This document shows, piece by piece, positions 34,200-45,126 of a DNA stretch of 64,000 nt; the stretch's first letter is position 1, and each line of letters begins with the position of its first letter. Under the pieces are notes generated by a model that searched no databases, had not been told where the DNA came from, and saw only the letters and a program-made list of their open reading frames with translations. Source of the DNA: a virus. Lineage: Duplodnaviria > Caudoviricetes. A program made the position numbers and the translations under genes. The stretch lies in the IMG/VR virus record IMGVR_UViG_3300042881_004206; one strand, written 5' to 3'.

Positions 34200-36742
34200 G
34201 TTTTTATACAAACGTACAATCTATCGGTGGTAAAATCCTTTACCGTGGTGTAATCGGCGGTAAAAGAGTCAAACAAAAAATTGATTATACACCATCACTT
34301 TACATTCCCTCCAAGAAAGTAACCAATTACAAAACACTGGATGGAAAATATCTCGACAAAAAAGTTTTCGATAGTATTCATGAAGCGAGAGAATACACCA
34401 AACAATTTGATGGTTTAGTGAATGCCACCAAAATCTATGGTAATACCAGATATGAATATGCTTTCATAGCAGATCAACACCCCGAAATGGTCGAGTGGGA
34501 CCAAGATTTGATTTCTATTGCCGTAGTTGATATTGAAGTTGGTTCCGAAAATGGTTTTCCAGATCCTTACGAAGCAAACGAACCAATCACCGCAATCACC
34601 ATAACCTATCTGAATGGGTATACTTATGTCTATGGATGTGGTGATTACAACAACTATGATGATAATGTTTCTTATGTGAAATGTAAGGACGAATGGACAC
34701 TTTGCAAGAGATTCCTTGAAGATTGGATGAACAAATGTCCAGATGTTATCACCGGTTGGAACACCAAGTTTTTTGATATTCCATATCTAATTAATCGATT
34801 CAACCGCATTCTCGGTGAAGATTATGCAAAGAAACTTTCTCCTTGGAATATGATCTCTGAGAGAAATACTGTAATCAATGGTCGACAAATGAAAGCATAT
34901 GAAATTGTCGGTGTTGGTTCTCTTGATTACATTGAACTCTACAAATGGTATGCGCCAGGTGGTAAATCACAAGAATCTTATCGATTGGATAATATTGCAA
35001 ATGTCGAGCTCGGTGAAGGTAAGATTTCGTATGATGAATATGACAACCTGCATCAACTTTACAAACTGAACTATCAGAAATTTATTGAGTATAACATCAA
35101 AGACGTACAACTGATTCTAAAACTTGAAGATAAACTGAAGTTGTTAGAGTTGGCCTTAACTCTTGCGTATGATACCAAGTCAAATTATGAAGACGTTTTT
35201 GCGCAAACAAGAATGTGGGATTCTCTTACATATTCCTATTTGTTGCAACAAAATATTGTTGTTCCTCCGAAAGAAGTAAAAGAGAAAGACTCTGCTTTTG
35301 AAGGTGCTTATGTTAAAGTACCACAAGTTGGAATGCATGAATGGGTGGCCTCTTTCGATCTGAACAGTCTGTATCCGCATCTCATGATGCAGTATAATAT
35401 TTCTCCAGAAACTCTGATCGAACCGGAAAATTATACAGAAGAAATGCGAAATATCATTTCTCAAGGTATCAGTGTTGATAAGTTGTTGGCCAAAAAAGCT
35501 GATTTGTCAAAATTGACTGGTGCAACAATTACACCAAATGGACAATTCTTTCGCACAGATATTCAAGGTTTCTTACCCAAGATGTTGGAAGAAATGTATG
35601 AAGATCGCAAGAAATTCAAGAAGATGATGATTTCTGCAAAACAGGAATATCAGAAAGAAAAAGATCCAAAAGTAAGAAATGAACTTGAAAAGAAGATTGC
35701 ACGATATAATAATCTTCAGTTAGCAAAAAAAGTTTCATTGAACTCTGCTTATGGTGCTCTTGGTTCACAGTATTTCCGATTTTATGATTTGCGAATGGCT
35801 CTTGGTGTAACAACTGCTGGTCAATTGTCAATTCGTTGGATTGAAGCGAAGATTAATGATTATATGAACAAACTTCTGAAGACGGAAGCTGATTATGTTA
35901 TTGCATCGGACACCGATTCAATTTATCTCCGTTTGGGTGATCTGGTCAACAAAGTTTACGGATCAGATGGAAAAGTTTCGATGCCCAAACAAAAAGTTAT
36001 TGACTTCATGGATCGTGTTTGTGAGGACAAGATTCAACCATATATCGATAATTCATACGAAGAATTGGCAAATTATGTTAATGCATATGACCAGAAGATG
36101 CAAATGAAACGAGAAGCCCTGGCCGACAAAGGAGTTTGGACAGCCAAGAAAAGATATATTCTGAATGTATACAACAATGAAGGTGTCGCATACGATGAAC
36201 CATACATGAAAGTTATGGGTCTAGAAATGATTAAGTCTTCCACACCTTCTGCAATTCGCGAAAAAATGAGTCAAACAATTGAATTGATGATGCGTGGTAC
36301 CGAATCTGAAGTACAAGACTTTATTCAGAAATTCAAGGAAGAATTTAAAAGATTACCACCAGAAGAAATTTCTTTTCCTCGTGGTTTGAATGGACTCAAA
36401 ACTTATTCAGATTCGGTAAATCTATACACCAAAGGAACACCGATTCATGTGAAGGGTGCAATTCTATATAATCATTATCTGAAAGAGATGAAATTAACAA
36501 AGAAATATCCTCTCATTCAAGAAGGTGAAAAAATCAAATTCACATATCTAAAAATGCCCAATCATTTCAAAGATATGGTAATTTCTTATCCTGGTAGATT
36601 ACCAAAAGAATTTGGTCTTGACAAATATATTGATTATGATGTACAATTTGAAAAATCGTTTTTGGAACCGATTAGAGTAATTCTTGATTGTATGAATTGG
36701 TCTGCGGAGAAAACAAATTCGATTGAAGATTTCTTTTCATAA
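34196..36742 (+). CDS. gp43: Family B DNA polymerase (unsplit)
   Basis: DIEV exonuclease I, SFDLNSLYPH, KVSLNSAYGALG and ASDTDSIY. Confidence 0.98.
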   Translation: MSFYTNVQSIGGKILYRGVIGGKRVKQKIDYTPSLYIPSKKVTNYKTLDGKYLDKKVFDSIHEAREYTKQFDGLVNATKIYGNTRYEYAFIADQHPEMVEWDQDLISIAVVDIEVGSENGFPDPYEANEPITAITITYLNGYTYVYGCGDYNNYDDNVSYVKCKDEWTLCKRFLEDWMNKCPDVITGWNTKFFDIPYLINRFNRILGEDYAKKLSPWNMISERNTVINGRQMKAYEIVGVGSLDYIELYKWYAPGGKSQESYRLDNIANVELGEGKISYDEYDNLHQLYKLNYQKFIEYNIKDVQLILKLEDKLKLLELALTLAYDTKSNYEDVFAQTRMWDSLTYSYLLQQNIVVPPKEVKEKDSAFEGAYVKVPQVGMHEWVASFDLNSLYPHLMMQYNISPETLIEPENYTEEMRNIISQGISVDKLLAKKADLSKLTGATITPNGQFFRTDIQGFLPKMLEEMYEDRKKFKKMMISAKQEYQKEKDPKVRNELEKKIARYNNLQLAKKVSLNSAYGALGSQYFRFYDLRMALGVTTAGQLSIRWIEAKINDYMNKLLKTEADYVIASDTDSIYLRLGDLVNKVYGSDGKVSMPKQKVIDFMDRVCEDKIQPYIDNSYEELANYVNAYDQKMQMKREALADKGVWTAKKRYILNVYNNEGVAYDEPYMKVMGLEMIKSSTPSAIREKMSQTIELMMRGTESEVQDFIQKFKEEFKRLPPEEISFPRGLNGLKTYSDSVNLYTKGTPIHVKGAILYNHYLKEMKLTKKYPLIQEGEKIKFTYLKMPNHFKDMVISYPGRLPKEFGLDKYIDYDVQFEKSFLEPIRVILDCMNWSAEKTNSIEDFFS

Positions 36743-36751
36743 GGATTAAAC

Positions 36752-37801
36752 ATGAGCATTCTAGATAAAATTAAAAAGAATAGTAGTATCAAAGATTCAG
36801 CTATTCTGTCTCAATCGAAGTTTTTCAATGAGAAAGATATGATTCCTACTCCTGTGCCCATTGTAAATGTGGCACTTTCTGGTCGATTGAGTGGTGGATT
36901 GACACCAGGACTGACCATGTGGGCGGGACCATCAAAGCACTTCAAGACTGCATTTAGTCTGTTGATGGCAAAATCTTACTTGGAGAAATATGATGATGCC
37001 GCTCTACTATTTTATGATAGTGAATTTGGTACTCCTCAGTCTTACTTTGATTCATTTGGTATCGATACCAATCGTGTTTTGCATACACCAATCACCGATA
37101 TAGAACAACTGAAGTTTGATATTATGAATCAATTAACAAACCTAGAACGGGGAGACAGGTTAATTATTGTTGTGGATTCTATTGGTAATCTTGCATCAAA
37201 GAAAGAAGTCGAAGATGCTTTGGAACAAAAATCTGTTGCGGATATGTCTAGAGCAAAACAAGTTAAAAGTTTATTCCGTATGGTAACACCACACCTTTCT
37301 TTAAAGGATATTCCAATGATTGTTGTGAACCATACATACAAAGAAATCGGTATGTTTCCGAAAGATATTGTCGGTGGTGGAACAGGTTCTTACTATTCTG
37401 CTGATAATATTTTTATTATTGGTCGACAACAAGAAAAAGAAGGTACAGAAATTACCGGTTACAACTTTATTATCAATGTAGAAAAATCACGTTATGTAAA
37501 AGAGAAATCAAAGATACCTGTTTCTGTCTCATTTGAGGGTGGTATTAGTAAATGGTCCGGTTTACTTGACCTCGCACTTGAATCTGGTCATGTCGTAAAA
37601 CCAACCAATGGTTGGTATGCAAAAGTTAATCAAGAGACCGGAGAAGTTGGTGAAAAACACCGAATTAAAGATACTGAAACTAAAGAATTTTGGTTGCCAG
37701 TACTAAGTGATAAATCCTTCCACGAATTTGTAGAAAGTAAATATCGAGTCGCTTCCACAGATATTCTGCGACCAGAAGAAGTGGAGGAAGAAAATGATTG
37801 A
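36752..37801 (+). CDS. uvsX: RecA-like recombinase UvsX
   Basis: AGPSKHFKT, FYDSEFG, VVDSIGNLASKKE and IVGGGTG. Confidence 0.96.
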   Translation: MSILDKIKKNSSIKDSAILSQSKFFNEKDMIPTPVPIVNVALSGRLSGGLTPGLTMWAGPSKHFKTAFSLLMAKSYLEKYDDAALLFYDSEFGTPQSYFDSFGIDTNRVLHTPITDIEQLKFDIMNQLTNLERGDRLIIVVDSIGNLASKKEVEDALEQKSVADMSRAKQVKSLFRMVTPHLSLKDIPMIVVNHTYKEIGMFPKDIVGGGTGSYYSADNIFIIGRQQEKEGTEITGYNFIINVEKSRYVKEKSKIPVSVSFEGGISKWSGLLDLALESGHVVKPTNGWYAKVNQETGEVGEKHRIKDTETKEFWLPVLSDKSFHEFVESKYRVASTDILRPEEVEEEND

Positions 37802-38117
37802 AGGTATAGACTACTGTTTCATTTATCCGAAAAATGATAGTTCGTTGGTACACATAAAGCTACTGGAAGGTCCTTATAAAGATACTGTTTTTAAATACGG
37901 TAAAGTTAAATTTAAGGAAGAAAACGATTCCGTATATTTACTTTTCGCGTATGATGTGATAGAATCAACAAACGCGAAACCATCAAAGATGGAAAAAGAT
38001 GAGAAGTTCAAAAACTACATAGGCGACCTTCTCGTAGAGCTCATGTCATCCAATATTGAACAGGAAATTATTGATGAAACTGGAACAGACGATACTGAAA
38101 AACCTAGTTTACAATGA
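37794..38117 (+). CDS. Hypothetical protein between uvsX and gp41
   Basis: GPYKDTVFKYGKVKF...FKNYIGDLL; overlaps both neighbours. Confidence 0.6.
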   Translation: MIEGIDYCFIYPKNDSSLVHIKLLEGPYKDTVFKYGKVKFKEENDSVYLLFAYDVIESTNAKPSKMEKDEKFKNYIGDLLVELMSSNIEQEIIDETGTDDTEKPSLQ

Positions 38118-39471
38118 AGAATATTTACGGAAAGTCCTACCTTTTCTAAAAGAAGAATATTTTACCGATAGAACAGATAAAACTATATTCAATGAAATTT
38201 CATCGTTCGTACAGACTTACAATAACACGCCATCGATTGAAGCAATTGAATTGGCCGTCAAAGAGAGGCGTAATCTCACAAATGATGAAGTGGAGAGATG
38301 TGAATCTTATCTTAAAGAAATTGAAAAGACTGCATCAGAAAAATCCCAGGTTCAATGGCTTGTTGACAAGACAGAAAAGTTTTGTCAGGAAAAAGCTATC
38401 TACAATGCAGTATTGGGGTCTATTTCTATTCTCGATGGAAAAGACAAAACAAACGACAAAGGTTCGATTCCCAAGATACTATCGGACGCCTTAGCAGTAA
38501 GTTTCGACAATTCAGTTGGCCACGATTATTTGGAGAATTCAGATGAACGATATGACTTCTACCACAGAAAAGAAGAAAGAATCCCATTTGACCTGGAATA
38601 CTTCAACAAGATTACAAAAGGTGGTCTTCCTGCCAAAACTCTTAATGTTGCTCTTGCTGGTACCGGTGTGGGCAAGTCTCTCTTTATGTGTCATGTTGCC
38701 GCTTCGTGTCTATCTTTGGGTAAAAATGTACTTTATATCACCCTTGAGATGGCTGAAGAAAAAATTGCAGAACGTATTGACGCGAATCTTTTGAATGTCA
38801 CAGTTGATGAATTGATTGAACTACCAAAAGATTTATATGATAAAAAAATTAATCGAATCAAAGATAAAGTTGTTGGTAAATTAATCATCAAAGAGTACCC
38901 AACAGCATCAGCATCAGTTACACACTTCAGAACACTTTTGAATGAACTTAATCTAAAAAAGTCTTTTGTACCAGATATTATCTTTGTCGATTATCTTAAC
39001 ATCTGTTGTTCTTCCCGTATTAAACCAGGTTCAAATATTAATTCATACACATATGTTAAATCGATTGCTGAAGAACTTAGAGGTCTAGCAGTTGAGTTCA
39101 ATGTTCCTATTGTATCTGCTACACAAACTACACGATCAGGATTTACAAGTAGTGATCCTGGTTTGGAAGATACATCAGAATCGTTTGGTCTTCCAGCAAC
39201 TGCTGATATGATGTTTGCTTTAGTTTCGTCAGAGGAATTGGAAGAACTTGGGCAAATTATGGTCAAACAATTGAAGAATCGTTATTCAGATCCAACACAA
39301 TTCAAAAGATTTGCTCTAGGTATTGACAGGTCTAAAATGAGATTATATGATGTTGAACAATCAGCACAAAATGGTTTGGCGGATGCTGGAATTACCGATA
39401 AACCATTAAACACATTTGGTGACCGAGAAAGAAACACAAAGAAGGACAAGTTCAGTGCATTTAAAGTTTGA
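38074..39471 (+). CDS. gp41: Replicative helicase
   Basis: MKLEQTILKNL start; AGTGVGKS, ITLEMAEE, IFVDYL, SATQTTR and ESFGLPATAD. Confidence 0.96.
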   Translation: MKLEQTILKNLVYNEEYLRKVLPFLKEEYFTDRTDKTIFNEISSFVQTYNNTPSIEAIELAVKERRNLTNDEVERCESYLKEIEKTASEKSQVQWLVDKTEKFCQEKAIYNAVLGSISILDGKDKTNDKGSIPKILSDALAVSFDNSVGHDYLENSDERYDFYHRKEERIPFDLEYFNKITKGGLPAKTLNVALAGTGVGKSLFMCHVAASCLSLGKNVLYITLEMAEEKIAERIDANLLNVTVDELIELPKDLYDKKINRIKDKVVGKLIIKEYPTASASVTHFRTLLNELNLKKSFVPDIIFVDYLNICCSSRIKPGSNINSYTYVKSIAEELRGLAVEFNVPIVSATQTTRSGFTSSDPGLEDTSESFGLPATADMMFALVSSEELEELGQIMVKQLKNRYSDPTQFKRFALGIDRSKMRLYDVEQSAQNGLADAGITDKPLNTFGDRERNTKKDKFSAFKV

Positions 39472-40561
39472 TGACGCTTTATATTGTGCCAAAGTTTTTG
39501 AAAATTATTTTGGTAATTTTAATCGCATCGATGAATACATGAAGGATCAAAAGTTGGCATCTCTATCGGAGATACCGACTAATCCACTTTTTCCGATTGA
39601 AGATGATTTGTTTTCAAATTTTGCGATTCATCCATCAGATATGAATTTTGAAGTGTGTGAAATTGCACAAGATACATGGGAAACATTACTCAATATCACA
39701 TCATCACATATTAATGTTGCGCCAGTTGGTCGACAGATTCGTTTGGCTGTCAGAGAAACAAATACAAATAAATTTGTTGGTTTTCTTCGACTCGGTTCAC
39801 CCGTTATTAACATGAAGCCGAGAAACGAAATGCTCGGTCAGGTTTTTACACAACAACCAGAATGGGCAAAACAATTCAATGATTCTGCCATGATGGGTTT
39901 TGTAATTGTTCCTTCACAACCATTCGGTTATAATTATCTTGGTGGTAAACTTCTTGCACTTATTTGCACTTCACATGAAGTACGCGAAATCATTAACAAG
40001 AAGTATGGAATGAATTTTTGTTTGTTTGAAACCACAAGTCTCTATGGTAGTTCTAAGACAGTATCACAATATGATGGTTTGAAACCATATATTCGTTATA
40101 AAGGATTGACTGATTCAGATTTTGTGCCGTTGATGCACGGAAAGCCATACGAAGATTTGAGAAATTTTGTGGAAGACAAGATTGGTGATATTGTGGATCC
40201 GGATGCTTCCAGTAAGAAGCTAAAAACTACCATGAGAATTATTGCTCTCACCAAATCAGCACTCAAAGGTACTTCTGAAGGCGGCTCATTCCAAGCAACG
40301 ATTGAGAAGGCTAAGGGGTTGACAGAACAGAAAAGATATTATATCAGTGACTATGGTTATAAAAATATGGTGGATTATGTTAACTGTAAGTCGGACATGC
40401 TTATTCCTGGCGAAAACTATGAAAAACATCATTTGGTAAATTTGATTGGATGGTGGCGAAATAAAGCATCGAATCGATACGACACATTGAAATCGGAAGG
40501 CCGTTTACGCAATGAACTTGAAGTGTGGACCTCAGGAAAAGATATTCAGATAATTAGATAA
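39416..40561 (+). CDS. DUF4338/DruA-like protein, copy 2 (start possibly GTG 39455)
   Basis: VIVPSQPFGYNYLGGKLLALIC and FETTSLYG..SQYDG, shared with ORF 16247. Confidence 0.65.
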   Translation: MVTEKETQRRTSSVHLKFDDALYCAKVFENYFGNFNRIDEYMKDQKLASLSEIPTNPLFPIEDDLFSNFAIHPSDMNFEVCEIAQDTWETLLNITSSHINVAPVGRQIRLAVRETNTNKFVGFLRLGSPVINMKPRNEMLGQVFTQQPEWAKQFNDSAMMGFVIVPSQPFGYNYLGGKLLALICTSHEVREIINKKYGMNFCLFETTSLYGSSKTVSQYDGLKPYIRYKGLTDSDFVPLMHGKPYEDLRNFVEDKIGDIVDPDASSKKLKTTMRIIALTKSALKGTSEGGSFQATIEKAKGLTEQKRYYISDYGYKNMVDYVNCKSDMLIPGENYEKHHLVNLIGWWRNKASNRYDTLKSEGRLRNELEVWTSGKDIQIIR

Positions 40562-40564
40562 ATA
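40557..40564 (+). promoter_or_regulatory. Late-promoter-like GATAAATA
   Basis: 7/8 match to TATAAATA directly upstream of nuclease and glycan cluster. Confidence 0.45.
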
Positions 40565-40582
40565 TTTTTATTTGGGGTTCAA

Positions 40583-41332
40583 ATGGCTGCACAACAAGGT
40601 TTTCAATATGAAATTAATGCTGCAAATGTTCTAAAGCCTTTGGGTTTAGTGCCTAAATCTTTTGTTCCTGCTGGAGCTGGTCATGATCAACCAGATTTAA
40701 TGTTAGAACATAAAAAGGTAAAAGCTGGTTGTGAGTTAAAAATAACAGCAGCATCAGCTGGTTCTTTGGTTTTAAAATATGATACCGGCGATAAACGAAA
40801 TCCATGGAAGTTTGGTGATATCGGTGAAGATGATGCTGAAAAAACATTTATCAAAGACTTAGCAGAAGAAGTTGGATTATTCGATATTATCAAAAAAGAG
40901 TGGAAAGAAATGCCTTTCAAACGAGAGAAAGATGATCTCTGGAAAGCTACGGCAGGTAAATTAACAAAAAAACAACAATACGAAAGAGACAGAGATACAT
41001 TTCCTGATATACGAGGAGAAATCCCTGCTTCAAAAATAGAACAATACTATAATAGAAAAAATACTTACTATGTAAATGTGGGCACTCATGGTTTTTTTCT
41101 AATGGGAAAGAAAAATCCATTGAAACTAAAAGGAGTACCCCTTTTTGGACAATCAGCTAAAGCTACTTACAGAGCAAGAGTTCAATATAAAGGAAGTGAT
41201 AATTATCAATTCACTTTTGAAATGCAATTTTCAATACCAGCAAGTAAGAAGTCACCATTCAATATTGCTCCAGTCGATGGAAAAACTGTTGCAATAAAAA
41301 AAGAACTTTTAAACTTAAATTGCTTCATGTAA
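40583..41332 (+). CDS. PD-(D/E)XK nuclease-like protein
   Basis: GFQYE...QPDL-x10-CELK active-site pattern. Confidence 0.6.
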   Translation: MAAQQGFQYEINAANVLKPLGLVPKSFVPAGAGHDQPDLMLEHKKVKAGCELKITAASAGSLVLKYDTGDKRNPWKFGDIGEDDAEKTFIKDLAEEVGLFDIIKKEWKEMPFKREKDDLWKATAGKLTKKQQYERDRDTFPDIRGEIPASKIEQYYNRKNTYYVNVGTHGFFLMGKKNPLKLKGVPLFGQSAKATYRARVQYKGSDNYQFTFEMQFSIPASKKSPFNIAPVDGKTVAIKKELLNLNCFM

Positions 41333-41333
41333 T

Positions 41334-41615
41334 ATGACACCAAGTAATATAGATAAAATACTAGAAGAATTCGGCGACTTCGAAGATGATTTTGGATTCT
41401 CGGCTGTTTCTGAGGAAGAATACAATAAAGTAATTTCCGATACCACAGAGACTGCGGAAAATTTGAAGGATAGATTAGAAGAAATTGAAAAGTTGGTGAT
41501 ACCATTTTTGAAAAAACTTCATACCACTGGCGATAAAGAATATATCTACTGGCCAAACAGAAAACCAATCATAGAAAAACAAATTGAAAAAATATTGAAA
41601 CTGACAAGAGGTTAA
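41334..41615 (+). CDS. Hypothetical protein
   Basis: FEDDFGFSAVSEEE...PFLKKL..DKEYIYWPNR; tightly packed in operon. Confidence 0.6.
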   Translation: MTPSNIDKILEEFGDFEDDFGFSAVSEEEYNKVISDTTETAENLKDRLEEIEKLVIPFLKKLHTTGDKEYIYWPNRKPIIEKQIEKILKLTRG

Positions 41616-41617
41616 TT

Positions 41618-42331
41618 ATGAAAGCTACTGTGATTATACCGACCACTGGTTCACCAGAAGTTCGGAATGCTATAGAATCTGTACTAAAACAAACTATGGA
41701 AACTCAATGTTATGTTGTATGTGATGGTGAACAATATGGCGGTAAATCTGATGTTATAATTTCCGATTTTGGTGGTTGCAAAAATGTAAAATACACCAAA
41801 CTACCAATTAATGTTGGTGCAAATGGTTTCTATGGACACAGAATATATGCCGCTTTTACACACTTAATTGATACTCAATACGTTCTTTACCTGGATCAGG
41901 ACTGTTGGTTTGAACCAAATCATGTAGAAGAATGTATCAAGTCTATCGAAAGAAACGACCTGGATTGGTCCTATTCACTCCGTAAAATATGCAATAAAGA
42001 GGGCAAGTACCTTTGCAATGACGATTGTGAATCTCTCGGTGCATGGAAAACTTATCACGGAGTAAATCATATAGATACTAATTGTTATTGCATTAAAACT
42101 GAAGTTGCGATAAAATTGGCACAGGTTTGGCATGGAGGTTGGGGTCAAGACAGAGTTTGGCTTCAAGTTTTATCGCAACATTTTCCGAAATATGATTGCA
42201 CAGGCCTTTACACATTAAATTATAGAGTTGATGGAAATGCTGGTTCAGTAACCGCCGACTTCTTTTATAATGGTAATGAAGTTATGAATAGACGTTATGA
42301 TGGAGATTTCCCATGGAGAAAAAGAATTTAA
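41618..42331 (+). CDS. Glycosyltransferase family 2
   Basis: ATVIIPT, VVCDG, YVLYLDQDCW (DxD). Confidence 0.85.
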   Translation: MKATVIIPTTGSPEVRNAIESVLKQTMETQCYVVCDGEQYGGKSDVIISDFGGCKNVKYTKLPINVGANGFYGHRIYAAFTHLIDTQYVLYLDQDCWFEPNHVEECIKSIERNDLDWSYSLRKICNKEGKYLCNDDCESLGAWKTYHGVNHIDTNCYCIKTEVAIKLAQVWHGGWGQDRVWLQVLSQHFPKYDCTGLYTLNYRVDGNAGSVTADFFYNGNEVMNRRYDGDFPWRKRI

Positions 42332-43194
42332 TTATTGGAGGTTTCACCAATTACAATTATAGTCAGTTGAAACCTTGGGTCGAATCAATTGATGAATGTG
42401 GTTTTAGTGGTGATAAAGTGATGGTTGTTGGCAACGCATCACAGGAAACAAAAAATAAGTTACAAGAAAAAGGATTCGTATTGGTCGATATGCCACAGAT
42501 GAATGTGCCCATTCATGTTGCTCGATTTTTATCAATATACGAATATCTTAGAAATAACTGGCAAAATTATAATTATGTTGTGACAACAGATGTTAAAGAT
42601 GTTTATTTTCAAATTGATCCGTGTGAGTGGTTAGATTTTCATATAAACACTAAGTATAAGTTAGTTGCTGGTTCTGAAAGTATGAGATATAAAGATGAAC
42701 CTTGGGGAAATGAAAATTTGATGCAAGCATATGGTCCTTATATACACAACTTGTTTAAAGACACTGTAATATACAATGTGGGTACCATCGGTGGTAAATC
42801 AGAATATGTGAAAGACCTGGTCTTCAACATTTTCACAAATGCTATTAATAGACCTATTCCAATAGTTGATCAAGCGGTGTATAATGTTCTATTGAATACA
42901 CAACCATATAAAGATGTTACATTTTTTGCATCACAGTCCGATGGATGGGCTTGTCAAGCCGGCACCACAGTTGATCGATCAAAAATAGAAAAATTCAGAC
43001 CTTTCTTAACTGAAGCCGAACCTTTGTGGGAAAACGGTAAAGTTTTAACTGGTCAAGATTCGTCACATTGTAAAAAAGGAACTCCATTTTGCATCGTGCA
43101 TCAGTACGACCGAGTTCCTGAATGGAAAAAGTTTATACAAGAAAAATATGATCAAGACGATCCCAATCAACATTTTGTTTACAGGACAGTATAA
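42313..43194 (+). CDS. GT-A-like glycosyltransferase
   Basis: VVTTDVKDVYFQ, YNVGTIGG, DQAVYN and IVHQYDR. Confidence 0.7.
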   Translation: MEKKNLIIGGFTNYNYSQLKPWVESIDECGFSGDKVMVVGNASQETKNKLQEKGFVLVDMPQMNVPIHVARFLSIYEYLRNNWQNYNYVVTTDVKDVYFQIDPCEWLDFHINTKYKLVAGSESMRYKDEPWGNENLMQAYGPYIHNLFKDTVIYNVGTIGGKSEYVKDLVFNIFTNAINRPIPIVDQAVYNVLLNTQPYKDVTFFASQSDGWACQAGTTVDRSKIEKFRPFLTEAEPLWENGKVLTGQDSSHCKKGTPFCIVHQYDRVPEWKKFIQEKYDQDDPNQHFVYRTV

Positions 43195-43769
43195 TGAGTG
43201 ACCTTATAAAATTCAATACTTTTCAACAAGCTTTTGGAACACAAACACCAAAAAATATTTTCAAGTGTTCTGGATATGGTCTATCCGAACTGATAAAAGA
43301 TTTTAATAATCCTATTGGATTAGAAATTGGATGTGATATCGGTGACACAACAGAATTTTTGTTAAGTTCAAAAGAAGATTTAAATCTAATTTCGATTGAT
43401 CCGTATGAGAACTATGTTGATTGGAATGGTCGACCACTAAATGAACGAGAAGAAGTTTTCAATCGAATGATGGAAAGAATGAAAATTTTTAACAATCGTT
43501 TCACGCTTATCAGAAAAACTTCTGATGATGCGGTAGTTGATTTTCACGAAGAACAATTTGATTTTATTTTTATTGATGGTTTACATACTTATGATCAATT
43601 ATCTAAAGACTGTGAAAACTATTATAAATTCTTAAAACCTGGAGGCATATTCTCGGGACATGATTTTACAGCAATTGAAGGTGTCAATCGTGCAGCGAAT
43701 GAATTTGCAACAAAGGTCAACAAAGAAATAATGACAACCGAATGTGATGTTTGGTATTGGTACAAATGA
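43194..43769 (+). CDS. Class I SAM-dependent methyltransferase (Methyltransf_24-like)
   Basis: GLEIGC, ISIDPY, DFIFIDGLHTY and GGIFSGHD. Confidence 0.88.
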   Translation: MSDLIKFNTFQQAFGTQTPKNIFKCSGYGLSELIKDFNNPIGLEIGCDIGDTTEFLLSSKEDLNLISIDPYENYVDWNGRPLNEREEVFNRMMERMKIFNNRFTLIRKTSDDAVVDFHEEQFDFIFIDGLHTYDQLSKDCENYYKFLKPGGIFSGHDFTAIEGVNRAANEFATKVNKEIMTTECDVWYWYK

Positions 43770-44452
43770 AAAAGTGTATAATATTATCAGGTCAATACAG
43801 AACATTTGAAAAGACCAAAGAGAATATCAAAAAATTCATTGATATTAATGATATGGATGTTTATTGCCATATCTGGTCGATGGATGCGAGAGAAATAGAT
43901 GATGTCAAACATACTCTTGTTCCCAGAGCTATTCTCTGTGAAGATTTTAAAAAATACGAGGATCAATTCAACAAAATTGAATCTAGAATACGATCAACGA
44001 ATCCGAAAAATGCTCCAGACGATAAAGTTGCTGGAAATGCATCAATGAATTTTAGTCGAAAGAGAGCCTTTGATCTGATAGAAGAAAAATATGACATACT
44101 AGTTTATTGCAGATATGATATTGCATTCAAGTATCCTTTTCAATTTGAAAATGTCGATAAAATTTATACTCCCTTAGAAGAATCATACAATCTGATATCG
44201 GATATTTTTGCAATAATGCCGTTTGACTATGCAAAAAATTATTTTATATATGACAATTATGAAAAATTACACTCAACACAATTTGAAAAAGATTTTGAAG
44301 ATTATTTGAGATATAAAAAAGTTTACGGTGAAGAAAATATTAGAATTCATAAACATGAACGTTATTGCCCACATATGATGTTACTTAGAAATTTGGTAAT
44401 GACTAATACACCATTTGAAACATTCAATTTGCCAGTGGGTCTACAGAGATGA
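43766..44452 (+). CDS. Putative glycan-modifying protein (SGQxR family), paralog 1
   Basis: IILSGQYRT, DVYCHIW, YCRYD and ISDIFA; ATGA overlap start. Confidence 0.55.
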   Translation: MKKCIILSGQYRTFEKTKENIKKFIDINDMDVYCHIWSMDAREIDDVKHTLVPRAILCEDFKKYEDQFNKIESRIRSTNPKNAPDDKVAGNASMNFSRKRAFDLIEEKYDILVYCRYDIAFKYPFQFENVDKIYTPLEESYNLISDIFAIMPFDYAKNYFIYDNYEKLHSTQFEKDFEDYLRYKKVYGEENIRIHKHERYCPHMMLLRNLVMTNTPFETFNLPVGLQR

Positions 44453-45126
44453 AAATAGCACTATGTTTTTCTGGCCAGGCCAGATCCTTTGAAAAAGGTT
44501 TCGAATTTTATAAGAAAAATCTTTTGGATCACTATGATGTGGATGTTTATGTGCATTCTTGGAAATTCGAAAACGAAAGAAAACTGTTAGAATTATACCG
44601 ACCAAAAAATTATGAATTCGAAACTCCCCCTCTTGGTGATTTTGATAATCGTTACACTAATACTCCTAATCCCCAAAAGCATCCACCAAAATTTACATAC
44701 CGAATGTTATATTCCATGTATAGGTGCAGCCAAATTATATTAGGAGAATACGATTGGATTATCAAGTCTCGTACAGATTATGCGTTGAATGTGAAGATAC
44801 CCTTTGAAAAACTTGATAGTCGAATACTTTATATACCAAATTGTAGAATGGTACCTGAAAGAAATTTTGGTAATGATCAGTTTGCTTTTAGTTCGCATGA
44901 AAATATGTTGAAGTACATGTCGACCTACAATAACATTGATAAGTATTATAATGCAGGAAATCAATTCATAGGTGAAGATATGATGCGAGCAAATCTACAT
45001 GAACACAATTTACACGGAGAAAAACTTGTTTATGTTAACATGAACAATCCTTTTCCTCCAGGTCCGCACAATGGAACATGGCATTCTTTGATTCGTGATG
45101 ATTATGACCAATGGATAAAATCGTAA
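44449..45126 (+). CDS. Putative glycan-modifying protein (SGQxR family), paralog 2
   Basis: ALCFSGQARS, DVYVHSW, KSRTD and NDQFAF. Confidence 0.55.
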   Translation: MKIALCFSGQARSFEKGFEFYKKNLLDHYDVDVYVHSWKFENERKLLELYRPKNYEFETPPLGDFDNRYTNTPNPQKHPPKFTYRMLYSMYRCSQIILGEYDWIIKSRTDYALNVKIPFEKLDSRILYIPNCRMVPERNFGNDQFAFSSHENMLKYMSTYNNIDKYYNAGNQFIGEDMMRANLHEHNLHGEKLVYVNMNNPFPPGPHNGTWHSLIRDDYDQWIKS

